From a virus (Duplodnaviria > Caudoviricetes), in IMG/VR virus record IMGVR_UViG_3300033388_003879, positions 1-50,305 of that record: 50,305 nt of DNA. One strand, given 5' to 3'. The position numbers and the translations under genes are program-made. Below, piece after piece: positions 9,052 to 18,345 of this stretch. Position 1 is the first letter of the stretch. The number at the start of each line of letters is the position of its first letter. Below the pieces are notes generated by a model. It was not told the DNA's origin, searched no databases, and saw nothing but the letters and a program-made list of their open reading frames with translations.

Positions 9052-9621
9052 ATGAATAGATCTGATTTAGTGTCAAAATATAACTTTTTGTACAAGACAA
9101 TTATTCCATACGATAAAAGATATCATGATACTTGTTTTTACTGCGGAGAAGTTCAAGATGTTATTGATCATTATCCAGCTCTAGCTACTACCGAAAAGAT
9201 GTATGGTCTGTATTATGGAGATTATTTGCTTATACCGTCCTGTAGATCTTGTAATTCATTTTTATCAGACTCTTATCAAAACAACATTCATGACAGAATA
9301 AAATACGTAAAGAAATTGATTTTCAAGAAAAATAATAGAATAATAATCAATGGCTTTAAATGGTTTCCAGAAGAAATTGAGGAATTAGAAAAAGGCCATT
9401 TAATGGATATCGTTTTGAAAATGAAATATAAATCCACAGTCATGATAGATAGGCTGACATACAAGCCTTATGATTTTTATATCAAAAAAGAAAAAGAAAA
9501 GATTCTATATGCAATATCAGAAGACGTAAATAAGGATTATTACTATCTCATAGAATCGCTAGAAGAAGAGAAAGAAGATTTACAAAAATTGTTTAGAGAA
9601 AATTTATATTTGAAAGTTTAA
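9052..9621 (+). CDS. HNH-type endonuclease
   Basis: CFYCG...IDHYP...CRSCN. Confidence 0.75.
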   Translation: MNRSDLVSKYNFLYKTIIPYDKRYHDTCFYCGEVQDVIDHYPALATTEKMYGLYYGDYLLIPSCRSCNSFLSDSYQNNIHDRIKYVKKLIFKKNNRIIINGFKWFPEEIEELEKGHLMDIVLKMKYKSTVMIDRLTYKPYDFYIKKEKEKILYAISEDVNKDYYYLIESLEEEKEDLQKLFRENLYLKV

Positions 9622-9670
9622 CATTCCAAACTTCACGCTAAAACATTTATATTATTTGTATATTATCTTC

Positions 9671-9699
9671 TTGACATACTTTAATAGATGTATTAGATT
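9671..9699 (+). promoter_or_regulatory. early-type promoter with ACATACT motif
   Basis: TTGACA-17-TAGATT, then AAGAGGTGA RBS. Confidence 0.75.
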
Positions 9700-9729
9700 A
9701 GAGATAGATTGAAATTAAGAGGTGATGAG

Positions 9730-9888
9730 ATGACAAAAACTTATAATAATTTAAATGATATTGAAAAGAACATAATTAGAGAATATAGAAGCTGGTGTAA
9801 ATCTGATTGTGATTTAAACTATAAAATAGCCATGGCTACACAATGGAGAGAAAGAGCAGTTTCCGAAAATATCCAGCATTTATTATAA
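9730..9888 (+). CDS. 52-aa hypothetical protein
   Basis: Not in ORF track; GAGGTG RBS directly after promoter. Confidence 0.65.
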   Translation: MTKTYNNLNDIEKNIIREYRSWCKSDCDLNYKIAMATQWRERAVSENIQHLL

Positions 9889-9954
9889 TAATCATCTTAC
9901 AGCCGTCTTCATCACTGGAGGCGGTCAGTAATTTTATTATTAGAGAGGTATGAA

Positions 9955-10140
9955 ATGAGAACATTTGAAGGTCAACAGATTGTTAGGTATCATAAAAACT
10001 TATCACCGGACGTTTTGCCATTAACAATAGATTGTGAAAATGAAAAAGAATTAGTTGCAGAACAGAAACGAATTAAAAAATGTAGAATCGATCTTGATGG
10101 TGCAATTATGGTAACGTTTAATATGAGCGAAAGATTATGA
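9955..10140 (+). CDS. hypothetical protein
   Basis: GAGAGG RBS. Confidence 0.65.
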   Translation: MRTFEGQQIVRYHKNLSPDVLPLTIDCENEKELVAEQKRIKKCRIDLDGAIMVTFNMSERL

Positions 10141-10415
10141 GCAAATTAAATCCTGAAGAATTCCTGAAAAAATTAGCTGATAAGTTGCAGCATGACAGAG
10201 GTGATATTACAACTGTCATTGAAGATTATTTAGACGATGAACATGAAACCATTGATGATTTATTCGATGAGCGTTACGTCTCCGCTAAAATTCCTGGAGA
10301 AAATAAAATCGATGTGGAATATGATACTTTTACCGGTACATTGCATTATCGAAAATTATCCGAAGAATGGAATGAGTGTGAAGATTATGAAACCAGAAAA
10401 GATGAGGTGATTTGA
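10137..10415 (+). CDS. acidic hypothetical protein
   Basis: ATGA overlap. Confidence 0.65.
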   Translation: MSKLNPEEFLKKLADKLQHDRGDITTVIEDYLDDEHETIDDLFDERYVSAKIPGENKIDVEYDTFTGTLHYRKLSEEWNECEDYETRKDEVI

Positions 10416-10681
10416 TGAAGATAGGTGATTTTGTAAAAGTTAGAAAAATGAGGAAGTCTCATAAGTGGAATAATTCTTTTGGTGTTTTATTCACAGGATT
10501 AATAGGAAAAATAGAAGCAGACCATGAGGCTTATGATGGAAGGTGTTTATTTGTATGCTTTGAAGGTGAAGTAGGAACAGGTCAATCAAGCCATTTTTAT
10601 GAAAAAGAATTAAAGCTTGAATTTGAAAATCCTATTTGTAAAAATATGAAGCCGTTAAAAAATCCAGAGGCCATAAAATGA
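10412..10681 (+). CDS. hypothetical SH3/KOW-like protein
   Basis: MKIGDFVKV N-terminal motif. Confidence 0.6.
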   Translation: MMKIGDFVKVRKMRKSHKWNNSFGVLFTGLIGKIEADHEAYDGRCLFVCFEGEVGTGQSSHFYEKELKLEFENPICKNMKPLKNPEAIK

Positions 10682-11055
10682 AAACAATATCAGTACGCCA
10701 GCCATACGCGACTTTAATTTGCGCCGGAGTAAAACCAATTGAGAATCGTTCCTGGAGAACTAAATTCCGAGGTAGGATTTATATCCATGCTCCTGCTAAA
10801 AGTGAAGTTGGAGATATTGTTTTTTCTGATGATCAATTGTTTGACATGAAGGAAAATAATTTTAGTTATGATGGTCTTGAGACTTCCGCTATTATTGGAT
10901 ATGTAGAAATTGTTGATTGTATTCGTGATAGTAAATCAATTTGGGCTGAATATGATTTTTGGCACTGGGTTTTAAAAGATCCTATTTTATTTGATGATCC
11001 TATTTTGAATGTAAAAGGAAAACTAAGTTTATGGGATTTCCAGATTCCGGCCTGA
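10678..11055 (+). CDS. ASCH domain protein
   Basis: ISVRQPYA...GVKPIENRSW...RGRIYIHA...KGKLSLW. Confidence 0.9.
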   Translation: MKTISVRQPYATLICAGVKPIENRSWRTKFRGRIYIHAPAKSEVGDIVFSDDQLFDMKENNFSYDGLETSAIIGYVEIVDCIRDSKSIWAEYDFWHWVLKDPILFDDPILNVKGKLSLWDFQIPA

Positions 11056-11105
11056 TCTTGAAATAATTTTACTTCAGGATTATTATTAAAGTGTGGAGAC
11101 GAACA

Positions 11106-11750
11106 GTGCCTAAGAAAAATGAACCAGATAAATTAAACCCAAAGCAGAAAGCTTTCTGCCATGCTCTTATAGAACTTGACTGGAATCAAACACAGGCAGC
11201 TATTAAAGCCGGATATGCTAAAAAATCAGCTCATGTGACTGCTTCAAGATTGCTAAAAGATGATAAGGTGATCAAATATCTCGATGAGTGCGTTGATAAG
11301 AGCCTAGGAGCGATGAAGTCACAAATCAGGCATAAAGTCTTATCTGAGTTAATACCGATAGCTACACAGAACAGCACTGAGATTGTGAATGTACTTACTA
11401 AGACATACGAGAAGCCTATTTTAAATAGTGAAGGTGAACCAACCGGAGAGACTGAAACTAAAGAATATCAAACAGTAGAAATAGCTGATACTACAAACCT
11501 TACACCTCAACAGCAAAAGACAATTTCCAGTATTAAACAGGATTCAAAGGGCTGTATTGAAATAAAGTTCCATGATAAAAAATCTGCTCTTGAATTGTTG
11601 GGGAAGCATGGTGGCTTGTGGAATGATACAAATAAGGTTGAACTTTCTGGAAAGCTTGAAACTGAGAATACAAATATAAATGTAGATGTTTCTAATTTAA
11701 CTGAAAGTGAAGCAAAAGAATTATTCTTTCAGACTATTAATAAAGATTGA
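11106..11750 (+). CDS. terS: terminase small subunit
   Basis: KQKAFC...NQTQAAIKAGY...ASRLL; EIKFHDKKSALELLGKH; GGAG RBS before GTG 11106. Confidence 0.9.
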   Translation: MPKKNEPDKLNPKQKAFCHALIELDWNQTQAAIKAGYAKKSAHVTASRLLKDDKVIKYLDECVDKSLGAMKSQIRHKVLSELIPIATQNSTEIVNVLTKTYEKPILNSEGEPTGETETKEYQTVEIADTTNLTPQQQKTISSIKQDSKGCIEIKFHDKKSALELLGKHGGLWNDTNKVELSGKLETENTNINVDVSNLTESEAKELFFQTINKD

Positions 11751-11924
11751 AATTATTTGTAATAAATGTTATCCTTAATTAAGGTCGTTGGCCTACTTCT
11801 TTGACGGGGAGTTTTATACATAAGTTCAGGGTTAAGAAGGCTGCTTCAGCTTCCTGCCCTATATAGTTTGCCTGAACTGACTATCTACGGGACGTCACAG
11901 GAAACTGAAGGAGTCTTTTTTTTT
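11747..11924 (+). ncRNA. a/b antisense-attenuator RNA element 2 with its promoter
   Basis: TTGAAA-17-TATCCT; TGACG/CGTCA and AGTTCAGG/CCTGAACT pairings; terminator 3' arm contains the RBS. Confidence 0.7.
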
Positions 11925-12617
11925 ATGCATAAAATAGATATTGGAGATGTATTTGGTGATCTTGTTGTTTTGGATGTTTTTTCAAATACTAAAAAATGCG
12001 GGAATAAATATAGAGCTGCTAAATGTCGGTGCGTAGTGTGTGGAGCTACTGGCCATACTGACGTATGGAAACTTGTTAAGAATAAAGTAAAATCGTGTAA
12101 AGGATACAAAAGAAGAGTAGAAGATTTTACTAATTATTCTGTAGCATATACTCATAACCTGGAAAAAGTTTTTGTGTCCAAAGAAGATAAAGATATTCTT
12201 GAAGTTTCTTCTCTACATACTGATGAAGCTGGATATTTTATTACAAAACTAAATAGCAAGAACAAGAGAATCCATTTAATTATTTCTGAAAGGATTTACG
12301 GTGAGTTTGAGATAATCGATCATAAAGATCGAGATAAAAGCAATTGCCGTAGAAATAACCTTAGAAGATCTACAAGAAAGCAAAATAATAGGAACATGCC
12401 ACTAAAAAAAATGAAAACCAAAACAAGTAAATATAAGGGAGTTTATTATTCCAAAGAAACAATAAACAAGTGGCAATCCTCAATAACAGTGGATGGTGAA
12501 AAAATATTATTAGGTAGGTATGATTCAGAAATGCAAGCGGCAATAGTTTACGATGAATATGCTTTGATTTATCATAAAGAATTTGCATGCACTAATACTA
12601 TGCTGGGTCTTTTATGA
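11925..12617 (+). CDS. HNH homing endonuclease with AP2 DNA-binding domain
   Basis: IDHKDRDKSNCRRNNLR; SKYKGVY...LLGRYDSEMQAAIVYD; likely start ATG 11925. Confidence 0.9.
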   Translation: MHKIDIGDVFGDLVVLDVFSNTKKCGNKYRAAKCRCVVCGATGHTDVWKLVKNKVKSCKGYKRRVEDFTNYSVAYTHNLEKVFVSKEDKDILEVSSLHTDEAGYFITKLNSKNKRIHLIISERIYGEFEIIDHKDRDKSNCRRNNLRRSTRKQNNRNMPLKKMKTKTSKYKGVYYSKETINKWQSSITVDGEKILLGRYDSEMQAAIVYDEYALIYHKEFACTNTMLGLL

Positions 12618-14025
12618 AAATCCCATGGACTGAAAGGGCAAAAATAATAACAGATCCAGAACAAATAAAAAAATATTACAACGCTTACCATATTCAATCA
12701 GTGGAGTCTGTTATAGATTTTATTGACCGATTCTGTATAACTGTTGATCCAAGAAAAACAGATAATAGAGAATTACCTTTTGAACTTTTTGAAAAACAAA
12801 TTTCCTATATTCGATGGCTATGGAAGCAATATACGGATAGAAATGATGGTGTTGTAGATAAGTGTCGTGGGATTGGTATGTCATGGATGAATGCTGCTTT
12901 CTCTACCTATCTTTTACTCTTTCAAAAGCAGGTTACTATCTCTATGTATACCTATAAGGCCGATGAATGTCACGAAAAGGATAATCTTGATACCCTTATT
13001 GAGACTCTCCTGGTCGTGGAGGCCGTAGCTCTATTTATTTCTTAGATGAGTGTGCATTTTATCCCAGAGCTGATTCAATAGAAGCCGCCGTTTCCCGTAA
13101 TGCCGATTGTAAAATATGGGGTAGTACTCACCACGGCACAAATACTTTATTTTACAGAAAATGCACTTCTGGGATAAATAGCGTTTTCACTTTCGACTGG
13201 TGGGAATTGGGGGAAATGTATACTCAAGAGTGGTATGATTCAGAAAAAGAAAAAGCAGAGGCAGAGGGAACCTTGCATATTTTTCAGCAGGAAGTAGAGC
13301 GAAATGCAGCTGCCTCCCTTGAATCTGTTTGCTGTCCTCCTGAATGGGTAGCATCTTCCAAGAGAAATGAAACTATTCTGAATGGGCTTAAAATAGCGGC
13401 TCTTGATCCAGCTAATGAAGGCGGTGACACTCATGGGTTTGTTGTAGTTGATGGAAATCAAATTATACATGCCGATGAATCAGGGGAAGGTGACCCAGGA
13501 GAAGCTACAGATAAATACTTTTGGCGTGCCGTCAAAATGGAATGTGACGAATTTCGTTATGATCCAATAGGGATTGGTGCCGCAGTTTCTTCACGGCTGA
13601 AGGAAATTTTAAAACATCTAGCTGCTGATGATCCAGGCAAGAAGATAAAAATAAGGCCATGGAATGCCGGTGCTGCTGTGATTAGGCCAAATGAAAAAGA
13701 TTATGCAGAGACTAAAAACGAAAAGTTTTTTAAGAATAGTAAATCTCAAGCGTGGTGGAAAGTCAGGCATGAATTTTTACAGACATATAGAGCCGGTAAT
13801 GGTAAAGAATATAAGCCTGATGAAATTATTTCAGTTGGTGAAATAACAAGGAAAATAGAAAAGTTATTCCTTGAACTATCACAACCTCAATATATTATGT
13901 CGGTAGATGGGAAATTATTGATTGACAAGAAACCGAAAGGAACAAAATCACCAAATATCGCAGATGCTTATATAATGTGTCGAGCTGAGGTTAAACAAGG
14001 CTTCCAACCATGGACTGTCATATAA
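12614..14025 (+). pseudogene. terL: terminase large subunit, split by apparent deletion and frameshift near 13002
   Basis: Walker-A-like DKCRGIGMSW in first frame; -1 frame from 13003 gives GRGGRSSIYFLDE (Walker B) and nuclease motifs ALDPA...SPNIADA. Confidence 0.85.
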
Positions 14026-14029
14026 TCTC

Positions 14030-14059
14030 TTGACATACTACGTAATATAGATATAATAT
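14030..14059 (+). promoter_or_regulatory. early-type promoter with ACATACT motif
   Basis: TTGACA-16-TATAAT; AGATTAAATTAAGAGGTG leader. Confidence 0.75.
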
Positions 14060-14088
14060 AGGTAAAGATTAAATTAAGAGGTGAGAAG

Positions 14089-14259
14089 ATGAAGAAAACA
14101 ATATTAACAATGGGGATTATCTACTTTGTAGTAGGCGTTGTAGATTTATATCTGGATTATGATAAATGGACTATCCTGTGGCTTTCTAGCGGAATATTTT
14201 TTACTTTGATCGGATTAGGTATTTGGGCTATAGGCGAAATAAGGAAGATATCAAAATGA
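14089..14259 (+). CDS. 56-aa two-TM membrane protein
   Basis: Not in ORF track; MKKTILTMGIIYFVVGVV...WLSSGIFFTLIGLGIWAI. Confidence 0.7.
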   Translation: MKKTILTMGIIYFVVGVVDLYLDYDKWTILWLSSGIFFTLIGLGIWAIGEIRKISK

Positions 14260-14543
14260 ATCAAATTGACAAAATATTACCGAGTAAAGAAGAGGTTGAT
14301 GAATTGTTAGGTGAGGATAAACCGAGAGTTTATATAGTAGATGGAACAACCATGGGGCTAACTGATATAGAATTAGCGGCTCTTTCTGCAGTATGTTTAA
14401 AAGCCTCAGACGCTGCATTGATGTTTAAAAATTCTTCTGATAGATCTGAAGTAAATATATTTATGAAAGAGGAACCTAAAAAGAAAAATAAATTCTTTAA
14501 TCTGCCGTCAGTTCCATCGAATAAACGGAGGTTCGGAAAATGA
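14256..14543 (+). CDS. hypothetical protein
   Basis: ATGA overlap. Confidence 0.65.
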   Translation: MNQIDKILPSKEEVDELLGEDKPRVYIVDGTTMGLTDIELAALSAVCLKASDAALMFKNSSDRSEVNIFMKEEPKKKNKFFNLPSVPSNKRRFGK

Positions 14544-14848
14544 AACTCTGTAAAAAATGTCATCAACAAAATCCCGATATCGTTATGATAAAAAATACCT
14601 GTTATATCTGCGTATTAAAACAATGGCCGCCTAAAACTAAAAAGCAGTACCGGAGATATGAAAATGCTGTAGCTGTACGGTTATTGCTATCTACTCCTAT
14701 AAGCAGCCAGAAAAGCGCAATGGATATTGTCCGGAAAATAGGACTTGATAATTTATTAAAAGTTCAGAGTGTTATTGATGGTAAGATTGTTAAACATATG
14801 CCTAGAAATACTTTTGAGCAGAGATTGATTGAGGTGTTAGATGAGTAA
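14540..14848 (+). CDS. hypothetical Zn-finger protein
   Basis: CKKC...CYIC; GGAGG RBS. Confidence 0.65.
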   Translation: MKLCKKCHQQNPDIVMIKNTCYICVLKQWPPKTKKQYRRYENAVAVRLLLSTPISSQKSAMDIVRKIGLDNLLKVQSVIDGKIVKHMPRNTFEQRLIEVLDE

Positions 14849-15116
14849 AAATAAAGTCAGTAGATTTTGCAAAAGATGTATATTTCTTGACTGTGGAGGA
14901 TGCAATAAAACTATAGAATGTTCTGGTAGTTCTGAATTTATAATGGATCAGTTGCCAGCTGTTAAAGATTCATTATCCCTAACAGATATTCTATGGCGTG
15001 AATTGAAAGAATATTATTTCTCTACTCGCGATTTAGAAGGATTTTCAGAATCAGAAATAAAATTACTATGGCAAAATAATCAGCTAAGATTAATTCATGA
15101 AAGTCATGGTAATTAA
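14841..15116 (+). CDS. hypothetical protein
   Basis: GAGGTG RBS. Confidence 0.65.
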   Translation: MSKNKVSRFCKRCIFLDCGGCNKTIECSGSSEFIMDQLPAVKDSLSLTDILWRELKEYYFSTRDLEGFSESEIKLLWQNNQLRLIHESHGN

Positions 15117-15363
15117 TATGAAAAATAATTGCCCTGATTGTATGAAATGTGGTCAAAGAAATGATGAATATTGCCGTAATTGTAATTGGTTGATTAAGTG
15201 GAAAGATCAAATAGAAGAAAAAAATATCACCAAATTAGCTCAAAAATTATATCATTCCTCAGATTTAGGAGAAGATATAGACCATGTTATCTTTGAAAAC
15301 ATTTTCGAAGCTGCTTACATTTCTGGTAAAAATCGAGAAGGTAGAACCAATGGACTGGAATAA
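15097..15363 (+). CDS. hypothetical Cys-rich protein
   Basis: ORF in cassette; start may be 15118. Confidence 0.6.
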   Translation: MKVMVINMKNNCPDCMKCGQRNDEYCRNCNWLIKWKDQIEEKNITKLAQKLYHSSDLGEDIDHVIFENIFEAAYISGKNREGRTNGLE

Positions 15364-15514
15364 ATTAAAAGATTCCAGAATTAAAACACCTGATAATCCA
15401 GGCCGGTATATGTGGTGGTCTCGGTATCTAAAATACATTCCTGTTAAATGGGATGGTGAAAACTGGCGTTTATTGAATGGTGATATGATTAATACAGTGA
15501 GGTATTGGAGATGA
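15350..15514 (+). CDS. small Trp-rich protein
   Basis: MDWNKLK...PDNPGRYMWW; likely ATG 15350. Confidence 0.55.
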   Translation: MDWNKLKDSRIKTPDNPGRYMWWSRYLKYIPVKWDGENWRLLNGDMINTVRYWR

Positions 15515-15716
15515 CTGATAAAGAATTGCACGATAATTACTGTGATAAAGGGATGTTAGATAATTGCGCAGCGACACAAGAAGAGCATAAAAAAGAAAAT
15601 CTGTGTGATAGCTGCAATGATATAGCCAATTGCTTAATTGGCACACCTTGCCCTGTGTGTCATCCTCATCCTGTTGATTCTTGATAAATAACCTAATTCG
15701 TTTTATCATGTAGTCT

Positions 15717-17057
15717 ATGGGAAGAATCAAAGATTATATAAACCGTAAAAGAGAGGCTTCAGAGCCTATACAAGAAAAATCAAATAACAATATGAGTCAG
15801 AAATCAGATAGTTTCCAAGGATTTTCGAACTATGTATTGAGTCAGCTTTCCGGTGGTTTGGGTGGTGGCTACTTTACCGATCAAGAAGCTTTCTGGATGT
15901 TCGAGAAGTCGGCAGTCGTCAAGGATGCTATTGAAAAAATAGCTCTTCCATTTTCTGATATTTCTCCTGCTCTTCAGGATAAAAAAACCGGCGAATTTCT
16001 CACTAAGCCGGATGATCACCCATTGCTGAAAAAACTATCAGAGCCGTCTTTTAATTTCGATTCTACTAAATTAAAATATTCTCTAATGGTTTCATATCTC
16101 GTTTCAGGCGCTGCTTATCCGGTATTAGGTGGTAATGTCAATTTTGAACCATCGCAAATAGAATCTATAATGTCAAACAGAGTTACGCTGCAGCCAGGAA
16201 GAATTGATGAGTTGGGAAAAATCCAATTTACCAGTACTAATCAGAATGTCTATGACCGTCAAGAAATCCCCAAACGGAAAACAGTTGTATTCCAGACCCA
16301 AACGCAATTATCTGAAACTATGCAGATTTGTTTAATGCACAAATCATCAGGCATACAGCCACTATCTCCATTAGAAAGTGTTTATTTTCAGGCTCTTACT
16401 AAATATTTCGGAGATAAGCACAATTATGGCCTTGTTAAAAATGCAGCACGTCCAGGTGGATTATGGTCATCCATGGAAAAGGAAGGTATGACCCAAGAAC
16501 AATGGGAAATATTAAAAAGTGAAGTTGAAAAGTTCGTAGCTAATCCAGGTAAAGATATTGTTGCTGCTTCTGGAGTTAAATATGAAAATTTCCTATTAAA
16601 ACCAACTGACATGGATTTTGTCAACTTGATTGATGCCTCCAAGCCGGATATTTATAATATTTATGATATACCTCTGGCATTAACTACGGTTGGTGCAATG
16701 ACTCAAAGCAACTACGAAAATTCGATGATCGCATTATACGATAACGGTGTTTGTCCAAGAGCTTCATATGTTTTTAATAGACTTGGGGAGATGGCTTTAC
16801 CCAGATACAAAGATGGAGACAAATATATTCTCACTTATGATAAAAAATCTATCGATGCTTTGAAATCAAGAATGCTTGCTCAATCTAAAGAAATGCGAGC
16901 AATTGGAAGCTTTGAAGAAAATGAAATCAGAAACGTTGCAGGATATGAGAATCTCGACGATAAAGAAGCAGGTGAAACTATTTATAGACCTGCTAATTTA
17001 GTGAATGGTGAAGAAATTGATGAAGGATTAGACGAAGGATTGGATGGTGATCTTTAA
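15717..17057 (+). CDS. portal protein (HK97 family)
   Basis: Size, position, and motifs LSPLE, NAARPGG, DMDFV, ENEIR. Confidence 0.9.
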   Translation: MGRIKDYINRKREASEPIQEKSNNNMSQKSDSFQGFSNYVLSQLSGGLGGGYFTDQEAFWMFEKSAVVKDAIEKIALPFSDISPALQDKKTGEFLTKPDDHPLLKKLSEPSFNFDSTKLKYSLMVSYLVSGAAYPVLGGNVNFEPSQIESIMSNRVTLQPGRIDELGKIQFTSTNQNVYDRQEIPKRKTVVFQTQTQLSETMQICLMHKSSGIQPLSPLESVYFQALTKYFGDKHNYGLVKNAARPGGLWSSMEKEGMTQEQWEILKSEVEKFVANPGKDIVAASGVKYENFLLKPTDMDFVNLIDASKPDIYNIYDIPLALTTVGAMTQSNYENSMIALYDNGVCPRASYVFNRLGEMALPRYKDGDKYILTYDKKSIDALKSRMLAQSKEMRAIGSFEENEIRNVAGYENLDDKEAGETIYRPANLVNGEEIDEGLDEGLDGDL

Positions 17058-17908
17058 TGCCAGGATTGTCCCGTAAACAAAAAATACACGCCTTAAAAAT
17101 CGCACGTAAATATGTAGCCATAAAACAAAAACTAGAATCTCCATTTAGAACAGAACTCCGTAAATATTTCGCAATCCAAAACCGTAGAATTGCTGCAGGT
17201 CTCGAAATTCAGACAATTGCGCCCGTCTTAGATCATCAGTACAAACGTATAGTCAGAAAATTAACCGGCATAAGATTAAAACAAGATGACCAGGAAACCG
17301 AAGACAGAATATTATTAATCCTCTTCGGTCGTGCCGGACTTCAAGCCCAGAGAATCGATAAAACAACTAATAAATATTTACGCCGGTCGATAGAGCTTGC
17401 ACGTGCTGAACTAGCCGAATCAGGTGATATTCTTCCCAGTATATTAACTATCAATCTAATAGCTGCAAACATTATGCGTGGATATAATAAAAACCGCGTC
17501 GGTGGAATATCTGTATTCGAGACTCAGGCGTTAACTGAAAAAATACGCGATGAATTAACAAATATAGCAACCGAAAAAATGAATATAGCAATATTTGAAG
17601 AAAATCAGGCACTTGCTCAAGAGGCTGCAGATTTAGCGGAGTCTATCAGATTTCAGAGTATAGCCGATGATATTGGAAAAGTTCCAATAGGTGAATTATT
17701 TCTAGCTGTGAAATTGTTGATGAAGACATGGGTCACTATGGGTGACAAAAAAGTGAGGCCGACACATAATGTAGCTAATTTTCAAACGATACCGGAAAAT
17801 GAGGCTTTTGTAGTTGGTGGGTTTAGATTAATGTTTCCTGGAGATAGTAGTTTAGGCGCTCCGCTTAAAGAAACGGCTGGATGTCGGTGTACTAAGGTTA
17901 ATTTGTGA
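17057..17908 (+). CDS. head morphogenesis protein (Mu gpF/SPP1 gp7-like)
   Basis: KTWVTMGDKKVRPTH...FPGD...GCRC. Confidence 0.85.
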   Translation: MPGLSRKQKIHALKIARKYVAIKQKLESPFRTELRKYFAIQNRRIAAGLEIQTIAPVLDHQYKRIVRKLTGIRLKQDDQETEDRILLILFGRAGLQAQRIDKTTNKYLRRSIELARAELAESGDILPSILTINLIAANIMRGYNKNRVGGISVFETQALTEKIRDELTNIATEKMNIAIFEENQALAQEAADLAESIRFQSIADDIGKVPIGELFLAVKLLMKTWVTMGDKKVRPTHNVANFQTIPENEAFVVGGFRLMFPGDSSLGAPLKETAGCRCTKVNL

Positions 17909-17915
17909 GGTAGAT

Positions 17916-18089
17916 ATGAAAGAGAAAATGAATTGTGATAGAGGGGACATTTACTATTCAGGGTACTGGAAACCCAAAGGTAAATATTGCAAAAGATGGA
18001 TACACAAATTAGCGAGAAGAAGTAAAAACCTAGATACTGGCAGAAAGGGAATATACAATAGAATTGGTGTTAATTGGGAGTGGTCATGA
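17916..18089 (+). CDS. 57-aa basic hypothetical protein
   Basis: Not in ORF track; GAGGT RBS. Confidence 0.55.
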   Translation: MKEKMNCDRGDIYYSGYWKPKGKYCKRWIHKLARRSKNLDTGRKGIYNRIGVNWEWS

Positions 18090-18292
18090 TGAAATTATGG
18101 GTTGTTGGTAAGTTTTTATGTGAAACCGAAAAAGGTAGAGCGTGGGATATATTAGGTATTTACGATTCAGAAGAAATAGCCGTAGAAAATTGCCTTGATG
18201 AATGCTGTTTTGTCGGCTCTGTTATTCTTAATGATAAATCTTCTCTTGAGCAGAAAGAATGGAAAGGTGCTTATTATCCTCTATCGCTCTGA
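18086..18292 (+). CDS. hypothetical protein
   Basis: ATGA overlap; ILGIYDSEEIA motif common in small phage proteins. Confidence 0.6.
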   Translation: MMKLWVVGKFLCETEKGRAWDILGIYDSEEIAVENCLDECCFVGSVILNDKSSLEQKEWKGAYYPLSL

Positions 18293-18345
18293 AAGTTGAC
18301 ATATTTTTTAATCAGCATTATGATTATTTTTAAGTGAGGGAGATA

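Noticed and set aside
11785-11794. CGTTGGCCT shared between element 2 and the 35161 sRNA
   Set aside because: A single 9-mer in the same orientation and a different structural context; could be chance
11868-11924. TTG start for the HNH-AP2 ORF given in the track
   Set aside because: It lies inside the RNA element; AAGGAG plus ATG 11925 is the better start
12990-13210. Programmed frameshift, intron or intein as the cause of the terL split
   Set aside because: No slippery heptamer, and sequence is missing rather than inserted
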